From: Nitrospinaceae bacterium
Lineage (GTDB): Bacteria > Nitrospinota > Nitrospinia > Nitrospinales > VA-1
Direction of reading: 5' to 3'
NCBI GenBank assembly: GCA_023271875.1
Contig: JALPWY010000002.1
Location: 1,251 to 65,250 of the forward strand
Length of the DNA: 64,000 bases
The notes beneath the pieces were generated by a model. That model saw nothing but the letters and a program-made list of their open reading frames with translations. It did not search any database and was not told the origin of the DNA. Below are positions 1-9,370 of the stretch, in pieces. Within the stretch, counting starts at the first letter, position 1; the number at the start of each line of letters is the position of its first letter. Made by a program: the position numbers and the translations under genes.

Positions 1-43
1 TGTTTTGTTTTCCTAGAATCGACTTATAGCTTTGGATATAATG

Positions 44-79
44 GACCGTAACAGGGTGATCCCTGCTACGGTCTTTTTT
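44..79 (+). terminator. Intrinsic terminator-like hairpin
   Basis: GACCGTAACAGGG-TGAT-CCCTGCTACGGTC stem (one mismatch) followed by T6. Confidence 0.65.
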
Positions 80-137
80 GTTTTTGTGTCACACAAAAAG
101 AGTTTGTAATACCTAACTTTTGAAATGTCACGTTCTC

Positions 138-1616
138 ATGTGGATTAAATTCGTCGTAATTTTCTTTGTAATACTTGCCCAGGTAAGTTTTATCTCAAAG
201 GCTGGAGCAGGTGACGAGGAATTTCATCTAAAAATTCTGGAAGCATTAAAAAGAATGAACGTTCGCTTGGTGCGTGTTGAGACAAATAAGTTGAGGTCCC
301 TTAAGGCTGTTCAGGAAAGTTTGCTCAACCAGATAATGGCATTAAGAACCAGTCTCGAGCAAATTCAAGCCACGGGGGAGATGAACAAAACAGAAATGTT
401 GGCCAGTGTCGAGGGAGTAAAGACGAAGATTTTGGATGTGGAAAGCCACCTCAAGAATGAAGTGATGCAAGCACTTGACGGGCAAAATCGAGAGGATACG
501 AGATACCGGGCTCAATTTCAAACTCTATTCAGCCAGCTAAAAGATAGTCTGGCCGCAGATATGAAAGGCCTTTCAAAAGCAAACCAACAGCAATTCAAAT
601 TTTTTAGTGAAGCAAATAATAAGCAACTCCAGCAAATTGTAAGTGTTTTGGAAGAGCAGAATAAAAAGTTGTTACAGACACAAGCATTGTTTAAAACAGA
701 CTTAATACCTGCACTTGATACTCAAAGTGAAGTGACCCGACAGGCTTTGCTGACAGATCTTTCTCAAGCTCGTGAGGTTCAGAAAAATTTTCTAGAGTCA
801 AACCATAAACAGACCCTTGCTTCTTTGGGCACGGTGGAAGAAAAAAACAAGGCATTGATTGAAATTTTAAAAAAAAGCATCTTAGTTGATGAAGCTACAA
901 AAAGTCTAGCTGAGACCATTCAGAAGAATGTTGGAGGAGCGAACCAAAACATAGATCAGGTAAGAAAGATGATAGCTATTTTGCAGGGGGTTTTTGTTCA
1001 ACGAATGACAAACGCTGCTGAGACCGAAGCGGCTTTGACGGTTCGTCTGGACGAAGATTTAGCAGAAGTTAAAAATAATCAAAAAATGGTAACATCTCGG
1101 TTGGAATCTTTGGTTAGTTTGTCTGACCAAATAAATAAACAATCCGCCCAGATGGAGGAGAGTATACAACAATCTGTGGTTAGCGCGTCCAACCAAGTAA
1201 ATAAACAATCTGCCCAGATGGGGGCAAGCATAAGCAAAAGCATCGATATCGCCGCAAATAATGCCAAGGCCCAAACCGACTTATCCAACGAGAAGTTATC
1301 CCGGTTGGTTGATATATTGAAGTCTTTTGCGTTCGAGCAAAGTAAAACTGATCAAGCGTTGCAAGCGCTTACGGCAAGTCAGGGTAAGGTTGACCAGGTC
1401 CTCCAAGGACAAAAAAAAATGGATGTAGTTTTGCAAAGTCAGAAAAAAGTGGAAAAGGCGATACAAGGTCAAAAATTAGGGTCGGTTGTAACGCAAGAAA
1501 CAATCTTGGCTACCCAGAAAAAGATGACAGAAGCACTGAAGGACTTGAGGCGTAAAGCCAATGTTAATATCTCCCGCAGTGATGATATTTTAAAGAAGTT
1601 AAAAAAACAGAAATAA
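138..1616 (+). CDS. Exported long coiled-coil hypothetical protein
   Basis: Signal peptide-like N-terminus (MWIKFVVIFFVILAQVSFISKAGA) and Q/K/L-rich heptads with internal repeats; ATG at 138 preferred over TTG at 120. Confidence 0.75.
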   Translation: MWIKFVVIFFVILAQVSFISKAGAGDEEFHLKILEALKRMNVRLVRVETNKLRSLKAVQESLLNQIMALRTSLEQIQATGEMNKTEMLASVEGVKTKILDVESHLKNEVMQALDGQNREDTRYRAQFQTLFSQLKDSLAADMKGLSKANQQQFKFFSEANNKQLQQIVSVLEEQNKKLLQTQALFKTDLIPALDTQSEVTRQALLTDLSQAREVQKNFLESNHKQTLASLGTVEEKNKALIEILKKSILVDEATKSLAETIQKNVGGANQNIDQVRKMIAILQGVFVQRMTNAAETEAALTVRLDEDLAEVKNNQKMVTSRLESLVSLSDQINKQSAQMEESIQQSVVSASNQVNKQSAQMGASISKSIDIAANNAKAQTDLSNEKLSRLVDILKSFAFEQSKTDQALQALTASQGKVDQVLQGQKKMDVVLQSQKKVEKAIQGQKLGSVVTQETILATQKKMTEALKDLRRKANVNISRSDDILKKLKKQK

Positions 1617-1783
1617 ATTTTTATATTTTTTGCTTTCCCCAGGGCCCATTTTTCTCAATTTTCATCTTCGCCTCCTCTGTGACTTGCATGGGTACTATTG
1701 GGATGTTTTACGAGATTTCAGAAACTTAAAAGACCAGAGCCTTTCCTAAAGTAGGTAAAATAATTTTACTATAAGTTTTTTCT

Positions 1784-3157
1784 ATGGCTAAAACGCTTAC
1801 AGAATACGTGTGTCAAAGCTGTGGCCACCGTGCTCCAAAATGGTTGGGCAAATGCCCTGAGTGCGAGGCGTGGAATACTCTTGCGGAAGAAAAAGTAAAA
1901 GTAACGCGTTCGAGTCGGGAAGTGGATAATGGTTCAGTTGATGGTAAATCGGTTCAGCCAGTTACTTCGGTCGAGGCTCTTACACGGAATAGATTGATTA
2001 CAGGAATAGGTGAATTTGACCGTACCTTGGGAGGCGGACTCGTCGAGGGGTCCCTTGTTCTGATTGGAGGGGATCCGGGTATTGGGAAATCTACCCTTCT
2101 TTTGCAAAGCATGGGGGAGATGGCCAAGTCTGGCGCCAAGGTTCTTTATGTTTCAGGGGAGGAGTCACCGGCACAAATAAAATTACGTGCAGATCGTTTA
2201 GGAGCATTATCAGATAATTTACTGGTTTGCTCGGAAATTTGTATTGAAGATGTACTTTGCGTAGTCGATCAGGTGCAACCAGACGCGCTGGTTTTAGACT
2301 CCATCCAAACGTTTTTTACAGCGGACTTGCAATCGGCGCCAGGGAGTATCGGTCAAGTTAGAGAGGTAGCATTTAAAATTTTTCAAGATGTAAAGAAGCG
2401 GGCCATGTCGGCGTTACTTATAGGTCATATCACCAAAGATGGAGCAATCGCGGGGCCAAAATCTCTAGAGCACATTGTTGACACGGTAGTATACTTCGAA
2501 GGTGAAAAAGGACATTCCTACCGGATTTTGAGGGCTATTAAAAATCGCTTTGGGTCAACCCCAGAGATCGGAGTTTTTGAAATGTTACCCAAGGGCCTGG
2601 TTGGAGTTGAGAATCCGTCCGATATTTTTTTATCGGAGCGTCCGACAGATTCGCCCGGTTCGATCATTGTGTCAAGTATGGAGGGAAGTCGGCCTTTACT
2701 AGTGGAAGTTCAAGCCTTGGTGACGTCTTCCTCCTCAATAGGCATGCCTCGACGTATGTCAGCTGGGTTTGACCACAATAGAACGTCCTTGCTTGTTGCT
2801 ATAATGGAAAAACGGCTGGGGCTGAATCTTCAGGGTGAGGATATTTTTATCAATATAGCGGGCGGGCTTAAAATATCCGAACCCGCTGTTGATATGGGGG
2901 TAGCCGCGGCGATTGCCGGAAGCTTCAGAAATCGATCAGTTGATCCACATACTGTTATGATTGGAGAGGTAGGGCTTACCGGGGAGGTAAGATCGGTCAT
3001 GCAATTAGAGACCAGGCTGGCAGAGGCTGAACGATTAGGTTTTAAGAAGTGCGTTGTTCCACATTCAATAAAGGAAGACAGGCGAATCAATAAGAGTAGT
3101 TCTCTAAGATTAGTTCCCGTTAAAACACTTTCTGATGCATTCGACACGGTATTTTAA
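1784..3157 (+). CDS. radA: DNA repair protein RadA/Sms
   Basis: CxxC..CxxC zinc finger, GDPGIGKST Walker A, KNRFG motif, Lon-like C-terminus. Confidence 0.97.
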   Translation: MAKTLTEYVCQSCGHRAPKWLGKCPECEAWNTLAEEKVKVTRSSREVDNGSVDGKSVQPVTSVEALTRNRLITGIGEFDRTLGGGLVEGSLVLIGGDPGIGKSTLLLQSMGEMAKSGAKVLYVSGEESPAQIKLRADRLGALSDNLLVCSEICIEDVLCVVDQVQPDALVLDSIQTFFTADLQSAPGSIGQVREVAFKIFQDVKKRAMSALLIGHITKDGAIAGPKSLEHIVDTVVYFEGEKGHSYRILRAIKNRFGSTPEIGVFEMLPKGLVGVENPSDIFLSERPTDSPGSIIVSSMEGSRPLLVEVQALVTSSSSIGMPRRMSAGFDHNRTSLLVAIMEKRLGLNLQGEDIFINIAGGLKISEPAVDMGVAAAIAGSFRNRSVDPHTVMIGEVGLTGEVRSVMQLETRLAEAERLGFKKCVVPHSIKEDRRINKSSSLRLVPVKTLSDAFDTVF

Positions 3158-3198
3158 CTGGAGTCGGTCAGTCTAACTTTTCACATATGAGCTAAGAA

Positions 3199-3879
3199 AT
3201 GAAAGTTGGTGCGATTATACCTGCGGCAGGGCGTGGCAAACGAATTGGTGCGTCAGTTCCAAAACAGTTTTTAGAAATCCAAGGTAAACCCCTGCTCCAT
3301 CATACGCTTACGGTATTTGATTCCTGTAAGTTGATTGATTACGTTGTTCTTGTCATGCCACGAGCAGACGTTGATGAGATAGGGGAAGATTGGTTGAATA
3401 AATACGCAATCGTTCGGGAAGTGGTTGTGGGTGGCGAACAACGCCAGGACTCAGTCTATAACGGGTTCAACTCTCTGGAGGAGGGAACAGATATAGTAGT
3501 GGTTCATGATGGCGTGAGACCATTCACCGCACCCCAAATGATAACCGCCACGGTGGAAGCGGCACAGCAGCATGGCGCTGCTATTACTGCAATACCAGTT
3601 AGCGATACGGTAAAACAGGCTGTAGATGGTTTTGTAAAAGAAACAGTTCCGAGAGATGGATTATGGCGGGTGCAGACGCCGCAAGCATTCCAGTACGGGT
3701 TACTACAACAAGCTTTTATAAAAGCAAAGAAAGACTCTTATTATGGAACTGATGAAGGATCATTGGTTGAATACTTAGGGAAAAGAGTCAAGATAGTTTC
3801 TGGCTCAGAACTGAACATCAAAATTACCCGGAAAGAAGATCTCGTCTTGGGAGAAAGTCTACTTTCTAGAATAAGGTAA
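3199..3879 (+). CDS. ispD: 2-C-methyl-D-erythritol 4-phosphate cytidylyltransferase
   Basis: PAAGRGKR, PKQF, GGEQRQDSV, VHDGVRP, QTPQAF and TDE motifs. Confidence 0.95.
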   Translation: MKVGAIIPAAGRGKRIGASVPKQFLEIQGKPLLHHTLTVFDSCKLIDYVVLVMPRADVDEIGEDWLNKYAIVREVVVGGEQRQDSVYNGFNSLEEGTDIVVVHDGVRPFTAPQMITATVEAAQQHGAAITAIPVSDTVKQAVDGFVKETVPRDGLWRVQTPQAFQYGLLQQAFIKAKKDSYYGTDEGSLVEYLGKRVKIVSGSELNIKITRKEDLVLGESLLSRIR

Positions 3880-4003
3880 ACTCAGTAAAAAATAATTACA
3901 AGCCTATAGCGGTTAGTTTGCATCTAAATGAAAGTCCTCCAGATGTTATTTTTTTAATAGGACACCAAAGATTTTATTGTAAATTACGAAAAGGAGGTTT
4001 TTC

Positions 4004-4441
4004 ATGCTGGGAAAAGAAACAAGGGCACCTGGTTTTTCGGTTAAAGATCACAACGGCAATACCGTTAGTCTTGCTGATTTTAATGGGAAAAAAGTGGTGT
4101 TATGGTTTTACCCCAAGGCAGATACGCCGGGCTGCGCTATTGAAGGGAAAGGGTTTCGTGACGATTATGAAAAATTCGCACAAAAAAATACGGTTATTCT
4201 TGGAGTTAGCCTAGATAATGAAACTGATAATAAAGCGTTTGCCGAAAAATTTAACTTCCCTTACCCTTTATTATGCGATGTAAACCAAGAGATTGCTCTA
4301 GCTTATGAAGCGGTTAAAGGTCCAGAAGATGAATACGCATCGCGTATCACCTATGTGATTGGTGAGGATGGAAATATTTTAGAAGCAATTTCACAAGTCG
4401 ATACGAAAACGCACTCGGGAGATCTTTGTTCCAGGTTGTGA
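4004..4441 (+). CDS. bcp: Peroxiredoxin (Bcp/PrxQ family)
   Basis: FYPKADTPGC peroxidatic motif; AAAGGAGG RBS upstream. Confidence 0.9.
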   Translation: MLGKETRAPGFSVKDHNGNTVSLADFNGKKVVLWFYPKADTPGCAIEGKGFRDDYEKFAQKNTVILGVSLDNETDNKAFAEKFNFPYPLLCDVNQEIALAYEAVKGPEDEYASRITYVIGEDGNILEAISQVDTKTHSGDLCSRL

Positions 4442-4462
4442 TGCACTTACTTGGAAGGGCAA

Positions 4463-4834
4463 ATGGCTAAAAAAAATCAGGTAATTTTCTTAGAGCTAGG
4501 TAGAGCGGAGTCGTTTGTTCTGGAGGGGGTTCAAATCGATCAGCTTTTACCCCGGGAAGTCTGTGAGCGGTTTTCTGCTTACTTAGTGCGTATGGAACCA
4601 TTTCAGATTAAAAAACCCAGTTATCATAAAAAGGGCGAGGAGTTGTATTATGTTATCTCAGGTTCAGGGCAGGCTGTTCTTGGTGGAGAAAATTATGACC
4701 TGAGGGCGGGGTGTTTTTTTAGGGTTCCCCCTCGAATTGTCCATCAATTTTCAACAAGTGATCAGCCGCTATGTATACTCAATTTTCATAGTCCCCCCGT
4801 TTTTCCCGATAAGGATACTTACTTTTGCAAGTAA
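4463..4834 (+). CDS. Cupin domain protein
   Basis: YH..GEELYYVISGSG and G..F.VPP..VH cupin motifs. Confidence 0.85.
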   Translation: MAKKNQVIFLELGRAESFVLEGVQIDQLLPREVCERFSAYLVRMEPFQIKKPSYHKKGEELYYVISGSGQAVLGGENYDLRAGCFFRVPPRIVHQFSTSDQPLCILNFHSPPVFPDKDTYFCK

Positions 4835-5961
4835 TCACTATTTGACTCAACCTCTAAGTATAGTTTGACACCATCTATATGTTCGTTTTTTAAGAGGTCA
4901 CTTTTTATTTCCTTAAGACTAATTTCGGTTTCAGCAATTGTCTTTGTAGAGTCTCCGTGCAAATAAAGTTCGACGATATTTTTCCCTTTTAGATGATGGA
5001 TTCGTAGCTGAGTCTTTTTTAGCTTCCCATCAGTCTTAGCAAGTATTGAGGTGAGCAAGAGTTCGACATCGTCCCGCGAGATATTGTAAATCGATTCCAC
5101 TTCACTATCGTCATAGCCATCTACATGGACCAGTACATCCTGGGTATTTGGGTAGCTCTTGATTAGTTGCCTTCGGACCCTTTCAGCTACTTCATGGCCT
5201 TCGGTCACGGTAAGATCACTGTCTACCTGAATGTGAACATCCATTAGAATTTTTCCGCCAACTTTTCGGGTTCGTAAATCGTGAGATTTTAGGACCCCGG
5301 AAACATCATCTATCGCAACTTGGATGTTTCGGGTATCTTTTTCGTCGAGCGCGGTATCCATTAAGTCACGAAATCCTCCAAGAGTAAGTTCGTAACCCAC
5401 TTTCATAATCATGAAGGCGACCATTGTGGCAGCGATAGGATCTAGCGCGGGGAATCCTAGCATGGCACCGATAATACCGACCAAGGCAGCGATAGATGAT
5501 ATCGCATCGGATCGATGGTGCCAGGCATTAGCAAGAAGTAGGGAGCTGTTCGATTTTTCACCAACCGAACGTGTGTAGCGAAACAACCATTCCTTAATAA
5601 AAATAGAAATCAATGCAGCGCCAGCTGCTAGCGGTTCGGGAATACGAGATATACCAGATTGAATGATCTCCCAAGCTTCATAGGCTAATCCTATCCCAGC
5701 TGAAATAATGAAAAATCCAACAACTGTTGTCCCAAGGGTTTCTGCTTTTCCGTGACCATAGGGGTGATCTTCGTCTTTAGGCTTTTGGCCTACCTTGAGC
5801 ATGATTAATACAATCACATCAGTCAACAGATCGGAAACGGAGTGAACCGCATCGGCTACCATAGCGGCACTATTACCAATGATACCTCCAACAAATTTAA
5901 TAATTGAAAGTATAAGGTTGGAAGCTGTTCCAATAAGGGTTACTTTGATTCCTGGGTTCAT
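4819..5961 (-). CDS. Cation diffusion facilitator family transporter (FieF-like)
   Basis: ADAVHSVSD, HPYGHGKAE, WHHRSD, dimerisation domain HVD. Confidence 0.93.
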   Translation of the reverse strand: MNPGIKVTLIGTASNLILSIIKFVGGIIGNSAAMVADAVHSVSDLLTDVIVLIMLKVGQKPKDEDHPYGHGKAETLGTTVVGFFIISAGIGLAYEAWEIIQSGISRIPEPLAAGAALISIFIKEWLFRYTRSVGEKSNSSLLLANAWHHRSDAISSIAALVGIIGAMLGFPALDPIAATMVAFMIMKVGYELTLGGFRDLMDTALDEKDTRNIQVAIDDVSGVLKSHDLRTRKVGGKILMDVHIQVDSDLTVTEGHEVAERVRRQLIKSYPNTQDVLVHVDGYDDSEVESIYNISRDDVELLLTSILAKTDGKLKKTQLRIHHLKGKNIVELYLHGDSTKTIAETEISLKEIKSDLLKNEHIDGVKLYLEVESNSDYLQK

Positions 5962-5992
5962 TTTTCCAATCAGATCTTTTTAGTTTAAGTAA

Positions 5993-7063
5993 TTATTTTT
6001 CGGTTAGGTACTTTACAATTTTAACATTGGCAGCAGGGAAAGGATATTTTTTCAAGTTTGATAATGAAACCCATTTCCATTGTTCGCATCCACCAGGCCT
6101 GATTTGTTGTTTTTGTATTTTGCAGTTGAATACAGTTAGAGTCACACGAAATTGGGTGTAGGTATGTTTGATGGTCATAACTTTGTTTAGATTAACAACA
6201 TTTACTCTTAGTTCTTCCTTAATCTCACGCTTCAAACATTCTTCGGACGATTCACCTTGTTCTCTTTTTCCACCTGGAAACTCCCAGAGTCCACCCATCA
6301 AACCATTTTTTAATCTTTGTTGAATGTAGACCTTTTTATTTTTTATGATGATGCCGGCACTGACTTCAATTTTTTTAGAAGATTTTATTTTATTAGAAGG
6401 AGGAAACTCATTTACTTTGTTTTTAAGAAATGCTTTACAGATAGTTCTTAACGGGCATTGTTGACATATCGGTGATCCGGGTATACATACAGTTGCTCCC
6501 AATTCCATAAGAGCTTGGTTGAAATCACCTGGCCTGCGAACTGGAAGTAAATTTTCGGCTTTTTCCCACAAACAATTTTCGTAAGCGGAGGTGGTTCCAT
6601 TTTTGTTAATACAGAATAATCTTGATAGGACGCGTTTAACATTGCCATCTAAGACAGGCGCTTTTAATCCAAATGCGATACTGGATATGGCACCTGCAGT
6701 GTACCGACCGATCCCAGGAAGATTTTGTAGATTTTTAACGGTATTAGGCAGTTTTCCATTCATTTCCTTATAAATAATTTTTGCAGATTTTTTAAGATTT
6801 TTTGCCCTTGAATAATAGCCAAGTCCCTCCCACAGTTTTAAAATTTTCTGCTCTGGTGCATTTGCTAGTTTGTCTATAGTCGGAAGAGTTTTGATCCAGC
6901 GTTCGTAGTAGGGAATTACAGTTTTGACTTGCGTCTGTTGGAGCATAACTTCGGAAACCCAGATACTATAGGGGTCTTTTGTGTTCCTCCAAGGCAAGTC
7001 CCGTTTTGTTTTGTTGTACCAGGCGAGTAGTTTCCTTTGGATATCTTGGTTATGCTTGGACAT
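5993..7063 (-). CDS. mutY: A/G-specific adenine glycosylase with C-terminal Nudix domain
   Basis: SEVMLQQT, WEGLGYYSRA, HhH LPGIGRYTA, Fe-S cysteines, LWEFPGGK. Confidence 0.95.
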   Translation of the reverse strand: MSKHNQDIQRKLLAWYNKTKRDLPWRNTKDPYSIWVSEVMLQQTQVKTVIPYYERWIKTLPTIDKLANAPEQKILKLWEGLGYYSRAKNLKKSAKIIYKEMNGKLPNTVKNLQNLPGIGRYTAGAISSIAFGLKAPVLDGNVKRVLSRLFCINKNGTTSAYENCLWEKAENLLPVRRPGDFNQALMELGATVCIPGSPICQQCPLRTICKAFLKNKVNEFPPSNKIKSSKKIEVSAGIIIKNKKVYIQQRLKNGLMGGLWEFPGGKREQGESSEECLKREIKEELRVNVVNLNKVMTIKHTYTQFRVTLTVFNCKIQKQQIRPGGCEQWKWVSLSNLKKYPFPAANVKIVKYLTEK

Positions 7064-7106
7064 TACTTGACTAGATTTTGTTTGATTTTAATTTGAGGCA
7101 CGCTAG

Positions 7107-7745
7107 TCAAACACCGATGGTTTTTGGATCCCAAATATATTTGTGTAACTGTGTATGTAGACGAACCGGGAGATTATCTGCCAAGATCCATTCGGTTAAA
7201 TCTTTTAATTTAAGTTTTTCAAAGACGGGTGAAAATAAGATTGGGATTTTTTTGTCGAGTTTGTAATCTTGTAGGACTTTCTTACTCCACTCATAGTCAA
7301 CTTTGTCAGCAATGACAAATTTGATTTCATCTGTGCTGGCGAGATGGTTTAGATTTTCCCAGAGGTTTTTATTCTCTTCTCCACTTCCCGGACATTTAAG
7401 ATCTAAAATTTTAATAACCTCTTTGGGTACATTTTTAATCGAAAGCGATCCGCTTGTTTCCAGCATGACTTGGAATTTATTTATTAGAAGGGATTCCATA
7501 AGTGGGAAGACTTCTTTTTGTAAAAGAGGCTCCCCTCCAGTTATTTCTACTAGGTTGATTCCGTATGATTTCACCTGATCTACAATTTGGTCGATAGATA
7601 AATTTTTCCCATTGTGAAAAGCGTGGGTTGTATCGCACCAAACGCATCTAAGATTGCAGCCTGTCAAGCGAACAAACACGCAAGGGAACCCGATATAAGT
7701 TGATTCACCTTGAACACTTTTATAAATTTCTGTTACCTCAAGCAT
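7107..7745 (-). CDS. queE: 7-carboxy-7-deazaguanine synthase (radical SAM)
   Basis: SVQGES, RLTGCNLRCVWCDT, TGGEPLLQ, QLHKYIW. Confidence 0.9.
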   Translation of the reverse strand: MLEVTEIYKSVQGESTYIGFPCVFVRLTGCNLRCVWCDTTHAFHNGKNLSIDQIVDQVKSYGINLVEITGGEPLLQKEVFPLMESLLINKFQVMLETSGSLSIKNVPKEVIKILDLKCPGSGEENKNLWENLNHLASTDEIKFVIADKVDYEWSKKVLQDYKLDKKIPILFSPVFEKLKLKDLTEWILADNLPVRLHTQLHKYIWDPKTIGV

Positions 7746-7868
7746 AAACTGATTCTACACGTTATGAGACTAATTTTAAAAAAGGTTTTTTGGGGGCTAA
7801 CTTTGTCTATAGAGATGCCAAAAACATAACCAATTAGGGTAGGATTAACTAGAAGTTTTCTTTGGGGA

Positions 7869-9299
7869 TTAAATTCCCATCCGACTGGTTAGAATTTTGG
7901 TGCCCATGCGGGCTTTAGCAGTGAAGTCGGGCCAGGACCGTACTTTGGTAATCTGCTTCATTATGTAGGAGGCACTACTATAGAATCTGGCGTGGCATTC
8001 ATCTTGAAGTTTCCTTAATTCTTGTTCTGTAAAGTTCTTATTCCAGAATTGAATTTTAAAATCGACTCTAGGTCGCTCAGCAAAGTCTTGCCAGTAATCT
8101 TCTGTAACGATACCTTCGTCGCGCATCTGCTGATATAATTCAGTTTTAGGATAGGGAGTGCATATCGAAAATTGTGCATAATCGGGTTTGAGATTTTTGG
8201 CGAAATCGACAGTGGCCAACATCTCTTCTCTGGTTTCATGAGGAATGCCGATCATCATATAAGCGAAAAAGCCTATCCCAGCCTTGCGAGTCATTTTACA
8301 AGCACGTTCTACCTTTTCAGGTGTCTGTCCCTTTTGGAGATATTTCAGGTGACGTGGGCTCGCCGATTCAATTCCAAAGTGGATACGATAGCACCCCGAC
8401 TTTTTGAGCGCCTGAAGCACTTCTTCGTTGATGGTGTCCACTCGTGCTGAAATTTTATAGTTAATTTTTATCCCACGTTCGATAATTAGATTGCAGGTGT
8501 CGATAAGGTTTTTCTTATTGATTGTTATCGTATCATCTACAAAAAATAGATCGTCTACTCCCATGTTGACTAACTGCTCTATTTCATCAACGACACTTTC
8601 CGGAGAACGATATCGGAACTTAGTCTGGCGAATATCGCAGAAGGTGCAAGCCGCCGGGCATCCTCTAGTCGCCTGGATGCTAAAAAACTGTCTTCCTTCT
8701 CCTATGATATGCTTATATTTGCTGACATCAACTAAATGACGTGCAGGAAAAGGCAGTTCATCAAGGTCTAGTAGTTCAGTTTGCGTTTGATTGATTTTGG
8801 ATATGCCGTCTTTTTTCCAGCCTAAGCCTTTGATGACTTGCAAGGATTGAGGGTCTGATATATCTTCTTCAAGAGAGGTGATGAGTTCGGTAAAAATCTT
8901 TTCACCTTCACCAAATACAACATAGTCGATATTTGATTGATCGAGAGTTTCTTTTGGATACATGTTTACATGAGGTCCGCCAAGACAAATTTTGATATTT
9001 GGATGTCTGCGTTTGAGCGATTCGGATGTGTGGAGTGCATCAAGCAGATTGAATGTCATGATGCTCATCGCTACCATGTCGGGCTGAACCTTTTCGACTT
9101 GCTCTAGTAGTTCATGTTCAGTGATTCCCTCCGGTGGACAATCAATGAATACTGGTGTGTTTCCGGTAGCACGTTCGTACCATGCAGCGACATACATTAG
9201 CCCTAGCTTGGGATAATAGCCTTTTCCACCTTCAAGGGCTTTGGGCACAGACGATTCGATGGAGATTGATTCAGGGGGAACTAAAAATAGGATTTTCAT
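7869..9299 (-). CDS. B12-binding radical SAM protein (class B methyltransferase-like)
   Basis: LGLMYVAA/GGPH/GEGE cobalamin domain and RGCPAACTFC; start moved to MKILFLVPP to remove overlap with the divergent gene. Confidence 0.9.
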   Translation of the reverse strand: MKILFLVPPESISIESSVPKALEGGKGYYPKLGLMYVAAWYERATGNTPVFIDCPPEGITEHELLEQVEKVQPDMVAMSIMTFNLLDALHTSESLKRRHPNIKICLGGPHVNMYPKETLDQSNIDYVVFGEGEKIFTELITSLEEDISDPQSLQVIKGLGWKKDGISKINQTQTELLDLDELPFPARHLVDVSKYKHIIGEGRQFFSIQATRGCPAACTFCDIRQTKFRYRSPESVVDEIEQLVNMGVDDLFFVDDTITINKKNLIDTCNLIIERGIKINYKISARVDTINEEVLQALKKSGCYRIHFGIESASPRHLKYLQKGQTPEKVERACKMTRKAGIGFFAYMMIGIPHETREEMLATVDFAKNLKPDYAQFSICTPYPKTELYQQMRDEGIVTEDYWQDFAERPRVDFKIQFWNKNFTEQELRKLQDECHARFYSSASYIMKQITKVRSWPDFTAKARMGTKILTSRMGI

Positions 9300-9370
9300 G
9301 AGACTAGGAAGTTTTTCCTTTAAAATCAATAATTTACTATAACACAGAAACTTGTAAAGGGCTTTGTCAA

